A program made the translations under genes and the position numbers. Below are positions 46,716 through 62,546 of a DNA stretch of 64,000 nucleotides, piece after piece. The stretch is from the human T2T-CHM13v2.0 reference genome, Homo sapiens, in NCBI RefSeq assembly GCF_009914755.1, contig NC_060948.1. One strand, 5' to 3'. The notes under the pieces are model-generated. The model was given only the letters and a program-made list of their open reading frames with translations. It ran no database searches and was not told the origin of the DNA. The first letter of the stretch is position 1, and each line of letters opens with the position of its first letter.

Positions 46716-48044
46716 TGGAGACATGGAGCATTGTCATCAAAATCTTGGTTTCTTACCCAGCTCATTTACTCTCTGGGATAGTTTGGAAGAAATTATACAT
46801 AAGAGACAGCCTGCTTGCGGAAGACTTGATGAGGAGGAGAACTGGTTGGGTGGACATATGTGATCCTTGATGCAACCTAAACCTCCTTTAGACAGATGAT
46901 GGTAGTCATGCAGCTTGTCATGGTAGGAGGTTTCAAAATAAATTTCCTCTGCAGCAGTGCTAGGTTGTTTGCTTAGGAGATTGTACTTCTGACCTAGATA
47001 CACCCTCTCTCTCTGGACCACAGCTGATAAAGAGAAACATCTGGATTCTCCAGGTTCACTGGTCTGGGAGGAGGAGAGGGTGGAGATCTGGGCTGAGAGT
47101 GAAGACACCTGGATTCTGGTCCCACTCACCGCTTGCCCATGGGCATGTCACTTCATCTCTGAGTCTCAACTTCCATGGGTTCAAACTGATGTTCTCTAAA
47201 TTATTTCCAAGTTCTAGTATCTCATTATTCTACGAATGTATAACTTACTTTCTAGATGAAGAACATGATCATACTAGACAAAGGCAATGCCAAAATGAAA
47301 TCGCCTCATTCTGTTATGCAGTTTCTTTGGCTTTCTAAAAGGAGTAGGGCGGGATTCAGCCAGATGAATAATGATATGCAAACATGTTTCTAAATCCAGG
47401 ATGCAGAGTCTGGTCTTTAATAACTTGGAGGCAATGCCCTCTGCTCTCTCTAACGCCCCCATCCCAGCAGTCCAACACAGGGCTCCTGGTTGGGAGGAAT
47501 TGCTCTTACTCTTTGGCGAGGTTATTCTATTGGATTTCAGAGCTGGTTTTCAAGTGTCTGTCATTCCAGAGAGACTCTCCTCGGTACTCAGGCACCCAGC
47601 AGAGGCAGCTCACACCCTCTCTCCACATGTTACTGTGGATGAATGTGTCAGAGCAAGTTGAGTCATGGGAAAGGCATGAGCTCTCCTACCTGCTCCCCAG
47701 GCAGGTCCCTCCAGGGCTATTTTCTCTGGAACCAAGCTTAGTCACTTGCCAAACTCTCAAAACAGAGATGTCTCTAAAATTCCAGGACTGTTTGTTCCCA
47801 GGCAAAGTACCTTATTTGGTGGTAAACATAAAGTGGATAGAAAGTCTCTTCTGAGAAAAGCTACCCATTGAGTGATGAGAACTGGCCACCAAGAATATAA
47901 CTGGGCACTTACTAGCACAAGCAAGTATAATTGCCACTGCTACATCTGTAAAGCCCTTGGCCATTGATGAAGCCCTTTTGTGTGCTTTGCACCAATGTAT
48001 TGGCCTCACCACAACTCTATGTAATAGGTAGTATTATTTTTAAA

Positions 48045-48353
<309 letters not shown>

Positions 48354-48360
48354 TTTTTTT

Positions 48361-48392
<32 letters not shown>

Positions 48393-48968
48393 TTTTTGGG
48401 GAGGCAGGGTCTCACTCTGTCACCCAGGCTGTAGTGCAGCAGTGCAATCATGGCTCATTGTAATGATAGGTATTATTAAACCTATTTTACCGATGAGGAA
48501 AGTGAAGTTTAGGAAGACTAATTTTTGCCCAAAGTCACACAACAGATAAAGAGTGAGTCTGGGACCTTAACTCAAGTCTTCTGACCCTGAACTCAGTGCT
48601 TTTACCATCAATACAACAGAACCAGGAAGTCCATTCAAATCTACATCCCCATATAAGCAGGAAGAACTCTGTGAATACTTCTTGGTCAATGATCTCGTGA
48701 TTCATCAGCCCAATTTTCTTGACAATATCATTTTTATAGCCGTTTAGTCGTTTTCCTGACACAGTATGGCTCATGCACAACAAAATTAATCAGATAAGAT
48801 ATTGGAGCTGCTCTTGAGAAGTTTACATTCCAGAGAAACAATTCAGATGGGAGAACAGTGTTTTATGATTTTGGTTTAAAGTCAGTGCAGAATAAGGGTT
48901 AAGAGACTAAAAAAAAAAAAACTTCTTATGGAAAAATTAGTTCACTAATGCAAGTTAAAATCATCAAT

Positions 48969-49276
48969 TCTTTCTTTTTTTTTTTTTTTTTTTGAGACGG
49001 AGTTGTGCTTTGTCACCCGGGCTGGAGTGCAGTGGCACAATCTCGGCTCACTGCAAGCTCCGCTTCCCGGGTTCACCACCATTCTCTTGCCTCAGCCTCC
49101 CGAGTAACTGGGACTACAGGCGCCTGCCACCACGCCTGGCTAACTTTTTGTATTTTTTAGTAGAGATGGGGTTTCACCATGTTAGCCAGGAGGGTCTTGA
49201 TCTCCTGACCTCGTGATCTGCCCACCTCTGCCTCCCAAAGTGCTGGGATTACAGGCGTGAGCCACTGTGCCCGGCC
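48969..49276 (-). mobile_element. AluY
   Basis: CAAGCTCCGCTTCCCGGGTTCACCACCATTCTC; TTAGCCAGG. Confidence 0.92.
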
Positions 49277-49469
49277 AATACATTCTTTAATTCACCAAGT
49301 ATTTGCTAAGCATCTGTTATGTGTCAAGCTCTGTACTAGCAACTAAGAACCACTTAGTCCCGACTAGGTAACTTAACAGTTCTCAGGGGTAGGTAGAGAT
49401 GTCAATACGTCCATTGCAATGGAGTGTAATAAGGGCCCCAGGAAAGACACAAAGTTTTGTAGCACATAG

Positions 49470-49789
<320 letters not shown>

Positions 49790-49919
49790 TGAAGCACTAA
49801 TATTTTACCTGAAGTGTAAACAATTAATAAAAATTGCCAAATAAACAAAGGGTACATGATCATTTGAGAAAATCATCATCATCACCACCATCATCATCAG
49901 TACAACCACCGTCACTCTA

Positions 49920-50110
49920 TAATTACCTCCTATGTGCCAGACAATCTACTAAGCCTTCTGTGTACATTAACTCATTTGATCCTCTCAGCACACCACAAGG
50001 AGGTATTGTAATTGTCCCCAATTTTTCAGATGAGGAAAATGATGAGAGAGATTAAGTGGCTTACCCAAAGTCACCCAGAGTCAGGATATGAAACTGTGCC
50101 ATCTGGTTCC
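49920..50110 (-). mobile_element. MIR
   Basis: CATTAACTCATTTGATCCTC...CAGATGAGGAAA...AAGTCAC. Confidence 0.7.
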
Positions 50111-50390
50111 AGAGATCATATGGTTGATAATGGAAGGAACAACCAGTACCAAGATGAGAAGGTATGCATGGGTGTTTATGTGAAGGATTGAGATTATTTC
50201 AGTGCGGCTGGAACATGGTATATAAATGTGTCTACCTCAGTGGCTCTCCCAATCTCTGTGCCTCTTCTCCTCTTTTCTCATCATTCTCTCTATGCAGTAC
50301 TATTTTAAATACATAGCTTGAGCTTTTGAACCACACTACAGATGCAGACTTGGGCTCCAAATCTGAAAAAGTGCTAGCCCATGGTTATAA

Positions 50391-50721
<331 letters not shown>

Positions 50722-53132
50722 TTTTTTCTTTTCTTTCTCCCTGACTCTGATTGGTGCCAAGACCTCACTTTCCATCACACCATGGGGTGTTGTGGGAGGG
50801 GCCAGTTTACTTCTGCTTCACACGGACTTGAGGAGGTGACTGTGGAATTCCTGGTAATCCCTAGCTTTGACTTCTGTGTTCTTGCTTCCAGAATCCATCA
50901 AAACCACAGCTCAGTTTTGCAGCTTGGAGAATTCAGATGGACAAATGCCTTCACAGGAAAGGTGGCTTTGATGTTCCACTTACTTCTCTGGGTTCTTGCT
51001 TTCTCTTAGACTTGAGGCTGGAATTTCTTACCATCCTGTCAGCAATTTGATGCTTTTACAAATATGAAAAGAGAATTATCCAGCATTCTTAGTTATTTTC
51101 AGCAGGAGAGTTGGTCTAAATTACTAGTCCTTCAACTACAGGAAACTCAAAGTCCCAAGACTCATCCAACTTTCACAACAACCCTGTGATGTAGATACAA
51201 TTAACTTGATTTTTCCAATGAGGCAAATGTGATTCAGGGAGTTTAAATAACTTGCAAAAGGTCACACAGTTCATTTATGGAATGAATCTTAGGAAGCAGT
51301 CTGGTTTTATCAAAATGAAGAGTGAAATTTGGTCTAGTCTAGAATGGTATAGATACCTCCCGATAAAGGAACTGGGATTGTGCTTGGGCTGAAAATCCAG
51401 TCCGCCCAATGGCACTACTGACCAAACCAACTGTGGAAAAGATTTCAATGATCTGTTTTAAACTCACCTAGGGCCTCCCAAGTGAGTTTTCAGTAAAGTC
51501 TTCCTCAATTAAAGTTCTTTCTCTAAGATTACACTGCTGCTAAGTATAAAGACAAAGGAATTTTCCAGTGCCAAGCAAAGACAGACAGAGAGTAGCCTGG
51601 TTCAGCCACTGTGTCTGCCCACCGTGTTAGTGACAGCACTGTTTTCCAGAATGAGGAGAGTGAGGGCCGCGAGTTGGGTGGGAGAGCCCAAATGCAACAA
51701 TAGTTTGCACGGCATATAAAGAGTTCTTGAAAGAGGTTGAAGATTTTTGTGAGCACATTCAATTGATTGAGACATGTGTATTTCCAAATAATAGATTTGT
51801 CCTCTTAATTTAAAGGAGACATATAATAGAAAGCTAGGTGTATTCCCTAACAGTCAATCACTTATGAGCCAGAGGAGGGAAGAATGATCTTTTTCAGAAT
51901 TTAAGTTGCAAAATACGCCTTATCCTATGATAGACAGTTTACAGTGCCTGACAAAATGAGTAATCTTTTTGTTTTGTCAAATTTTACTCTAGCTAAGTGC
52001 CTCCAAGCTTAGGAAAAATAAAGACAACTGTTCTTAAATGTAATAATGCCATGGACTCTCATGCATAGAAGCCTTCGATAACTAGAAAATAGTTATCTTT
52101 GACTTTGTGTTCAAAGTATAGGGGTTTCTTATCTGTAAAGCTGGAAGGGGATATAACTGGTTATAGATAAGGAAGGATGTGCATGAATTGAGTACAGTTA
52201 CTTTCTAAGTCCTAAGTTAGTGCATAGCTGCAGTGTCTAATACCTGATGGTGCTCAATATGTATTAATGGAATCCAAATTTCTTTCTCCACCAAGATCTC
52301 TGTCAAGTATATTTGATCATTAAGTTAACTGTTCCATTTTCAGGATCCAGTAGTCACAAACTGTAGCATAATCCTAGGGTGTTTTATCTTACATTTTAAA
52401 AAAATACATAATTTGATTGTTTGTGTTTTAAAAGCAATACCCATTCTTTGTTAACAAATTTAGCTGGGATATTTTTATTTTGGCTTCACTAATTTGAATT
52501 TCAAAAGTTATACATGCTTATTGTGAAAATCCAGACAATAAAGAAGTGTCAAAATAACAGTCTCCTCATCTTTGCCACCACTTCTCTGATATAACCATTG
52601 ATCACAAATCACCTTATAGCCTTCCATAGTTTTTCCTATAGTGCTCCCCTCACACACGTGCTTTTGTATTTTTTTTTTCCTACCTCTTTCTTTCTTTTTT
52701 TTTTTTTAGTAAAAGTGGTATTGAATGTATTATCAGTTTCGTGCAGTTCAACAGATACGTATTGAGCTCTTGCTTACACAGCGTCAAGAGCCACTGTGCT
52801 ATGAGTGTGTATAATCTCTGTCCCTGGGCAATTTCTCACATTCTCTTTTGTTGTATTTCAAATTCATTACTGTTGCTATTCTCTTTATAAGTTCACAAGG
52901 GCTTTCCACTTCATGGTGTTGTGAAACCCAAATAATGTAATGTTTATTAAAGCACTTAGTTAAGCATAAAGCAGTGAGCTATGACTGCATGATTACTAAG
53001 AATTGGTTCCATGAATAATTCTAATTTTTGTCACTGCTAAAGGAAAATATGCTTCCTCTGCTTACATTTTAATTATTTCAGTAGGTTCCATATGTTTTCA
53101 AAACACCTGATTTTACTTACTGTATTTTTACT

Positions 53133-53488
<356 letters not shown>

Positions 53489-55714
53489 TAGAAATTCCTA
53501 CTAGGTGTATCTTTAACAATTCTTTTTCTTCCATATTCTTGGCTATATTTGATAGATGAGAGTGATATTATAAATTTTATTCCGTTAATGTGTTTTAAAG
53601 TCTAAGATTTCTTCTAGCTTGTATTCCATGTTCATTGTTGTTATTTTATCACTAACTAATTAGTTACAGCCAGAGACTTTAACTCAGTCGCAAATATAAA
53701 GTTCTTCTTTGTCAGAAAGACCACACACACCTCTTGAAAAGTTACTTTCAGATTTGATCACATAATTTCCAAGTGTCTTCCAAGAAAGTGAGCATGACAG
53801 CCCTGAGTGAAAAACGGTGGCACTTGACCAAAACCTCAGTTTGTTTCTAATCATGTATGGATGGAGTGTAATTTGATTAAAGCTGACTGGCCTGAAATGA
53901 TCCCAGTAAGATGCTGAACTGGATCTGGATGAAAGTCTCACTGTTTTCTGCCCTCATCCAAGCACTAAGGCATCACTGAAATGAATGAGTTTGGGATTTC
54001 ATGTCCAAATCCATTTTTAATACTACCACCTTATGTTTTCATAGTACCGTAGGCTTTTCAAAATGCTTTTATCTATAGTATTTGATCCGTGCAGTCTGCT
54101 TTTAGCTTCTGTATTTCAAAGACCAGTAATGGTTAGGTTGGAAGTAATACCTATCAGAATAGTGACTTTGAAACTTTGAAATCATTTCCAGGTGTTTTAG
54201 ATAGGCTACATTTGAGTGATGAAACTTTAAACTTTCTTTTTTATAAAAGAAAACTTTACTGCTTGAAGTAATCTTTTTAGAAATTAGTAGCCCCAAAGAT
54301 TTCAGGGTGTGTTGTATTGTTCTTTTTTACAGTGAATGGGTGTAACTTACTGCAATGTGAATAATGCATAATATTTGTAAGGAAAAGTAGGGAAGTAGGC
54401 AAGGAAAAAAGATGGGACAAAGAAAACTGTGAGTTTTCTTTAAATATCTGAGGCAATGGAAAGGAATTTTAAGCAATTTCTTGACAAAAAGACTCTCCTT
54501 TTTTTGATTACAGTAGGGATGCCAATAAGATGGAAAAAAAATCAAGGAGAATCGGAGAATAAAATAATACCTGCACAGTATATATATTTTGGGGGCATTG
54601 TTGAGGTTGTACTTGTGATCTAATATCCATTTTTAAGTGTTTTGTAGATATTAAAGTTAATTTGCATGCGTACATATATATGTATATATACACATATAAT
54701 AAATCCAGATATACATGTATTATATATCTATGAATAATACACATACATAACACATGTATAATAGATACTCCTATTAATCAGTATTATCACTTAGATTACT
54801 CAAGACCTGGAATATATATTTGGAACAAAAGTAAAATCCCTTATTGTGATTCTACTTGCCAGCTCCTTATTATGGTCAACGTCAGAAGCCTTTTCATGGG
54901 CCCAGCAGTCTCAGATGGCCTCTCCGAGGAGATGCAGTGCTGAGCCCCCAGGATGCCTCAGGCTCAGCCTGAGCCACCTCTGCCCAGGCCCAGGCCACCT
55001 CTGCCCAGGCCATTCCTGTGCCCTGGCCTGAATCACCCTAGAGGTCACCTATGTGGACACACTCTGTGGCCTCAGAGATCTCATGGGGCCTGTGGCCCAG
55101 AGGGTTGGCTCCATGAACTTCACAGTATGGTCACCTGCCAATCCCCATGGCATTCTGTCTTGGGGCTGTGAGGACACAGTGGGATATCAGGGCCCAGTCT
55201 GTGCATCTCTCATTCCAGGGAGGCCGGGGCCCTGAATCCACTGTCCCTTAGGCAGGAAGGGGACAGGGACACTCAGTCCAGGGCTGCAGCCATTTGTCAC
55301 CTTTCATCAGGACTTTTGCCACACTCAGATGCCACTGGAATTCTTCTTTACTTAGCGTTTTTTAAAAATCAGCTTACCTTTAAAATTTAAGTGTGTGATT
55401 TACCCTCTTCTTTAGCCATATTTGAGAAATCAGGGTCTGATATACTAGTCAAATACCCGCACACATATACACATACACATGTGCACATACATGCTCACAC
55501 AGACATATACATATACACATATATGTGAAAATATACACATGAAATATATCCATGAAAGTAAACACAAAGTTAAAATAGCAAATGCTCAGTTCCGTATACC
55601 ATCTAATCCTGTTTTAGGTTTAGAGTGGCTCTAGTCTTTCCCCTATTATGGGTGATTCCTTACTGGTGATACAAAACAGGTTCAGATGGTTCACAGAGCT
55701 GAGCATTTACCAGC

Positions 55715-55840
55715 CATTCTAGCCTTCCCCCATTTTACAGATAAGGAAACCAAGGTCCAGAGAGGTGCAGGGCCTGCCCGAGGTCACACAGCACTGGGAT
55801 TAGTGGCCAGCCCGCCTGACTCCCAGCTGAGTGCTCCTTT
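55715..55840 (-). mobile_element. MIR fragment
   Basis: CCCCATTTTACAGATAAGGAAACCAAGG...AGGTCACACAGC. Confidence 0.75.
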
Positions 55841-56373
55841 TACAGAAGCACATTCCCTGTCTGCGGTGTGCAGGGCCCCTTCCTCCAGAAGCACAAGTGG
55901 ACTCGCAGAGGCCTTTTGGAGACTGTGGCCTAACACAGAGTGTTCATTGGAAGGTGGGCTTCCTGGTGGCAGGCTGACAAGCAGGCGGATGGTCTCCTGG
56001 GTCCTGGTGGGACCAGGCACTGGCCCCTGGCTCTGTCTATGCTTTATCTTCATGCTCATGGCTCCTGCAGCGCCTCAGGATTTGGGGAAGTGGGGAAAGG
56101 AGGGTCCCAGGGGAGAGAGAGAGCAGGGCTGTGGCAGCAGCCCTTCCCCAGGGAGCTGCTTACTGAAGAGATCATTAGTGGTACCAGCTCTCAGGCTGGC
56201 AAGGAAGGTGGCCTCATTAGCAAGCACCTTCCCCTGCACCACCTCCACCTGCCCACCTGCAGCCTCCTGACACCCACACTGCCACTGTCACCACTGCCAT
56301 CACTCCAGAGATGCCACATGATGGGCCTCCTGTTGGGGACAAGGCTGCTAGCTTAAGGGAGCCAGGAAGGAGA

Positions 56374-56825
56374 TGTGTGTGTAGGGTGCCAAGGGTGTGT
56401 GTACACTGCACACACACACACAGACATGCTCACATGCATGGACACACATACTGCATTAATAGAGGTGTGCACATAAGTCTAGCACACACACACACAACAC
56501 AGACTTGCACAGTAACACGCAACTCCCCAAACACACGGTGCAAGCACACGGATCCAACAGAGATGTACACAAGGGGTGGGTTTCAGTGTGAAGCCCCACC
56601 GTGCACACGTATAGAGACCCATATGGAACACAGGCACACATGCACCGTAGGAGATGCACGTGTGTATTCACACAAACATACAGTCCTGTCTCCAGACTCC
56701 AGAGTGTGCATGGAATTGTACACACATGAGTACGTGTCAACAAACCTGCAGACCAGCCCGGGGCGTACTACTGTGTGTGCAGGGATGCCCACGTGCACAC
56801 GTACATGCATGCAGAGCACACACCA
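56374..56825. repeat. Degenerate (CA)/(TG) low-complexity tract
   Basis: Dense alternating purine-pyrimidine runs in both orientations. Confidence 0.75.
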
Positions 56826-59800
56826 GTTATTTTTTTCTTGGAATCTAACAAGGCCCAAGGAGCAGGGAGTGGCTAATTCCCTGGAGGAAGTGAGGAGACC
56901 GGAGCTGAGGACACGTTTAATTAATTCTTCTCATTCCCAGCAGGGGGAGAAAGGGAGAGAAGAAGGGAGAGAGGAATGAAATGACAGAGAGGAGAGGAGA
57001 GGGGAGAGGGGCAGCAGAAGGGTGAAGGTGAAGTGGGGAGGAACCGGTGTGGGCAGTGAGGAGGCTGAGGGACCCCAGGCCCAGAGGCATTAACCTTTTC
57101 AGCTTACGGCAGTCCCAGGGAACTCATCATTCAGCCCCGATCCCAGAACCAGACGGGTCGTTCAAGGTCAAGTGGTGGGGCTGGTGCAGAAATCCACCCT
57201 CAGTGCCCCCTACACACAGCTCTGGGGATGGCGCACACACGTCTTTCACCTGCTCCCACCGAGTGGAAACCTGCCCCCCAACCCCGAACCTCCCACGATC
57301 AGTCCCACTTCTGCTCTGTGCCTGCATTGGGTTAGGGCCCTGGGGGCTCTCCTATCACAAGTGCAGGGCACGGGCAACACAGCTGCCCAGGGAGGCCCCT
57401 GCTGGGCACCAGGACAGCTCCTCCCACCCCTGCCCTGACCTCAGCCTTGAGACAGAGTCAGGGAGATGGAGGTGGACAAGGACAGGGGCTCTGAGGGGGA
57501 GGGAGGATGTGAGCCAGGAGAGAAGGGAGGTGGGGCCGGGTGGGAGTGAAACAGGGAGATGGGGGGCAATGAGAGAGAGGGGGAGTCACTAAGCCAGAGA
57601 TGGTGAAGGATGTGAGAGGGGCTAGGATGGTGAGAGTCAGACCCAGAGACACACAGAGAGGATGCTAGAAAGAACAAGAGAAACAAAAAAAGGTCAGAGG
57701 GTCAGGAAAGGCAGCCAGGCTCTGCAACTCTCCCAAGTCAGGAGGGAGGCAACTCACCTGGGGTGTGAGCGAGGAACCCTGGCCTAGAGAGGATGCTGTG
57801 TGACCCCGCCCAGGCACCCCACCTCTCTGAGCCTCAGCTGCTGGTTTCTAAAGCAGGGGGACCGGCCCTGTCTCTGAGAGGGCCCTTAGGCTCCGCAGGG
57901 AGGCTGGCCTGGTCCCTTTCTTCCTTCTACTCCCCTGAGTCATGTGGGCCTGCAGATGGGGGTGGGGGTCTCCCTTCCAGGGCCCTGAGTGGGCAGACCA
58001 GGTGAAAGAGGAAAGTTGCTGTGGGGCTGGTGTCGTGTGCTGCAGCTGTGAGCATGGAGTGATGGAGCGTTTGCCCTGAATATTGAAAATACATAAATAT
58101 CCATTGTCAGGCACCAAGGCAGATATAAATACAGAAGGGAGGGTGTGCAGCCCTCAGCCATAATTTACCGGCTCTGCTACCCGCGGGGGCTTGGGCACTT
58201 GCACTTGGCCATCAAGAGGCTTTTCCAGATGGCTTTATGACCACCAGTGGCCACCTGGATCCCTTCTCCTGGAGAAGTGGCTCCTTGGGATCCACTGCCT
58301 GGGGTGAGGTGGGGCAAGGCAGGGTGTGTCATTCCTAGGTCTGCTCCGTCCTAGGCCTTTGGGGCCTCTCCCACCTTCTCCTCCTCCAGCATCTCCTTGT
58401 TTGGGAGGGACGGAACCACATCTGTATCAGGCCTGGTGTGTACCCAGCCCTGGTGCACTTGGATAAAATCACAGGTGTTCCATTCCTGCCCATGGGCACT
58501 TCCAGGCTGCGAAGCAGAGATGACACCCTAGGTCCTGCCCTTAAGAACTCACCCAAGGGAAACGGATGGTGGAAGGGTCTGGAGAAGCCAGTATGGGGCA
58601 AGACCCGGGTCCACTCTGGAGCAGGCCAGAGAGGAGAGACACATGGCCAATGGTGGCCTCCAAGAGTCTGGCTACAGCCCAGCACACCCAAAGCCCTCAG
58701 CCTGGAGGGGAAGCAGCAGGACCTGGGGTGGAGGTCACGGCCCGCTGGCAGGCAGCTCTCTCTCTGACATCCTCCTGAGAGGACATGGGTCTTGCCCCAT
58801 GCTGGCTTATCCAGAACCTTCCACCGTCTAAGAAATGTGCTCATTCTCGATGAGTAGACAAATGGAGGCCCCAAGGCAATTCCCTGCCTTTCCTCCCAGA
58901 GCTGGAGCTGGGACTTGAGCACCCTGATCCCTGCCACCTTCACATGCTGAGGGGCATCTTTCTCTTTGGGTTGGGACTCTGTGTTCAGGGCACTCACCTT
59001 CCCACAGCAGAAAGCCACCAGCCTCTATTGGGGGGTGTGGAGCATTCTCCCTTCCAGGGTGCCCAAGCCTCCTTTTCCCAGGAAATGGAGGCTGGGCTTC
59101 CCTGCCCTGAGCAGGAGGCTGCACTGGGAGGCAGGGGCTGGACAGCCACCTGCTGCCTGGGCCGAGGGTGGAACCTGTTTGTGTGGGATGCAGGCATTGA
59201 ATCATGAACACGCCAGGTTGAGTGGCCCAGGGCCCTGCACAGAGCAGGGGCTGGGATCAGGTGGCATTGGTGGGGAGGGGCCGGGGGGATGCTCCGTGGA
59301 GGGAGGGCTGAGGCTGAGGTGGGGGTAGCAGAACCGCGCCTCCTATTCCTTGCCTGCCTCTCTCATGTTTCCCTCCCCCACTGTCAACAGGGGCTCTCTG
59401 AGGCAGAGTCCTCACAGAGAGTGATGCCTGCCCGGGCCCTGCCCTCCAGGCCTGTTCTGCCAGAAACACCCACAGGTCAGGGCATCCAGGTGCCTGGATG
59501 GACAGCCACAGGCCAACTGCCTGGCCAGCCGCAGTCTTGGCCGGCCGCTCTCCTGTGGCTGCAGAAAGTGAGAGGTACTGCAGCCGCCAGCCCCCGCTAC
59601 CCCGCCGCCAGGCTCTCCTGTCTGTCCTAGTCCTCGCATCAGGTGCAAGGGCACAGGCCACAGTGGAGTCTCTGGGTCTTCCCCGGGTGACTTTGCTGTT
59701 GGCTCTGGGCCCCACACTGGCCCTTCTGTGCCATCTGGGTGGCAGGATAGACGTCTGCGGGGCACATTCTCCACACCCCCTTGCATGCTGCTCCTGGTTC

Positions 59801-62177
59801 AGTTCTTCTAAGAGGAGGTGCTGGCAGGCTCCCGCACCTGCATGACATGTGCCTCTCAGCGGTTCCAGCATCAGCTCAGTGGCAGTTCCAGGAGCACAGC
59901 AGCGAGTGCAGGCTGTGGGCTCCAACTCAGGGCATCTCTGGATCTGCTTCCTCCTCCCAGCCCTTCCCCCATCACCTCAGCAGCCTGGCCGTCCTGGAAC
60001 TCCCAGGATGCTTCTCAAAATGGCTCTAAAGCCCTTATTCCTCACTTCTTCCTGGAGGGGGCCCCACCTTGGCTCTGGGTGGCAGGAAAAGCTCTTCTCC
60101 CCTCTGCGGGAATGATCCCACTTTGCCAGTTAAATGGAATGGTCTTCCCCGAATCTGTTATCTGGGTCATGTGTGTGCAGCCAGGCCTCCAGTGGCAGTG
60201 GTAACAGGGTCCTCTCCCCACTGGCTGCTCCCCAGGGTCTCCTCTGCTCTCTCCTCCCTTCTCATGGGCTTCTTCATCTTCCTTGGGGTTCTGCTCCCCC
60301 ATAGCTCAGGGTCCCCCAAGTTACTAGGGTGACAGTCTGGCCTGAGTCATTTATGATCAGGCCAGAGGTTCTGCATGTCCCAGGCTTGGCCTCTGGGGTC
60401 AGATACTCATTGCCTTCTGCAGGGCAACCAGGAACCATGGGGACCTGGGGGTGAGGCAGTCTTCCTTAGTTCAGGGTGGGAAGCAGGCAGGGGCCTCAAC
60501 CACAGGCAAACTAGCAACTGAGATGGCATCAGCAGCCCTGCTCACAGTCGACCCTTGCATCGGCTCCACCTACCCCACCCAGGCTGCACCAATGCCTGCT
60601 GTATGCCCAGCACCAGGCTGGGCTTATGGCGGAACCAGATGAACAGGACTCAGACCCTGTTCTGGAGGAGCTGAGGGTCTCATAGGGGAGACATAGACTC
60701 CTCAGATGCCCGAATACCAGGCTGTAAGGAGCATGAGGTGCGCAGGGAAGGGAGAACTCAGCTCTGGCTGAGGAGCTGGGGATGCTTCATGTAGCGGGGG
60801 ATATTTGACTTGAGCCACAAGGTGAGATTTTAATGCATGGTTGGTTCCAGGGTTGCTGGAAACATCCCAGAGAGAATAGAACCACCGTAACAAAGGCCCG
60901 GCTCGGTAGCAGGGTGGGAAGAGCTGACTACTAACCACCAGCCTAACTTGTTTAGTGAGAACGCTCAGAGCAGTGGGGATTAACCAAAAAGTGGGTGGTC
61001 GGGTTTTGAGCCCCTGGTGCCCTGACCTGCTTCTCCTCCTCCTGCTTGCCCAGGTCCTCTGGGGCTTCTCTCCCGTGGTCGCCATGGGAACTCCAGGTGG
61101 CTGAAGTTTACTTGAGCCTAGCTCCCTGAGATGGGCTGTGGGTCAGGGGAGGTGGAGGGAACTGGTCCCCAGCCTGGGCTCTGAGCACCCCTCCCCTGGG
61201 TCCCAGAGTCTCCATCTGAGCTCTGCCCATTTAGCCCTCACCCGGTGTCTTCCTCGCCTCCTCCCTCCCCCACACTCCACACAGCCTTCCAGTCACCAAG
61301 TTCTGACTGTTCCTTCCACTTGTAAAATCTCCCTGGGAGGCATCCACTCTGCACCCACCTCCCTGCCTCAGGCCTGGCTCCACCCCTTCCCTCTCCTCTG
61401 GATGACAGCAGGGGCCTCCTAGGGGGTCTGGCTCCTTCAGTCTGCTCTTCCTGGGTGCTGCTGCTGTCCTCCTGACCAGTGTCTGGCAGTCTGGCAGCTC
61501 CTCTGCCCCTCCCTACCCCAGCCTGGGTTCCCACCACCCTGGGATGGCTGAGTCTGTGAAATGGGTGGAGTGGTGTGTTGAGCTCCGCTTCTAGAACTGC
61601 ATTCTATGGGGCAGTAGCATCTTTCTGGAATTAACAGGTATACCTTGAAAATGGGTTCCATGTGGAATTGGTTTGGGAAGCGCTGCACAGCCTCTGCCTC
61701 CTGGATACTCACAAGGCACTGTAACAGGTGAAAGGCTCCCAGAGGTCCTGGAGTAAAGAAGTCTGTTTTGATTTATTTAACCCCGAGATTCCCAGAGTGT
61801 TTTGGCTCTAAATAAGGAATGTCTATGAATAACTCCAGGAACAAGTTTCTCTGGACCAACCTTTGGAAAATGCTGGAGGAGCCATAAAGTGTGGTGCCTT
61901 GTCTTTGGGGATCTGGGGTCCTGAGGCCTGCTTCCCCCATCTGGCATGCCGGGGTTCACACAGGTGCACAGGCTGATATGGAGCTGAGGAAGCACTGGAA
62001 AATTGGGCCGCACCATGGATGCCTTGCTTCCATCTCCTGGCGCACAGCATGGTTCCTGGATATGTTTTGTTTAAACCGCACGTTCTTTTGAAATTTGACC
62101 TGGTTGTCAACATTTAAAACTTGGGAGATTCCACCACAAATTCTGCATTTTAAAGTTCTCTTAAAACATGAGGAGCC

Positions 62178-62546
<369 letters not shown>

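Noticed and set aside
51650-51730. TATAAA with an upstream GC-rich patch as a promoter
   Set aside because: Single short motif, no CpG island and no downstream exon evidence.
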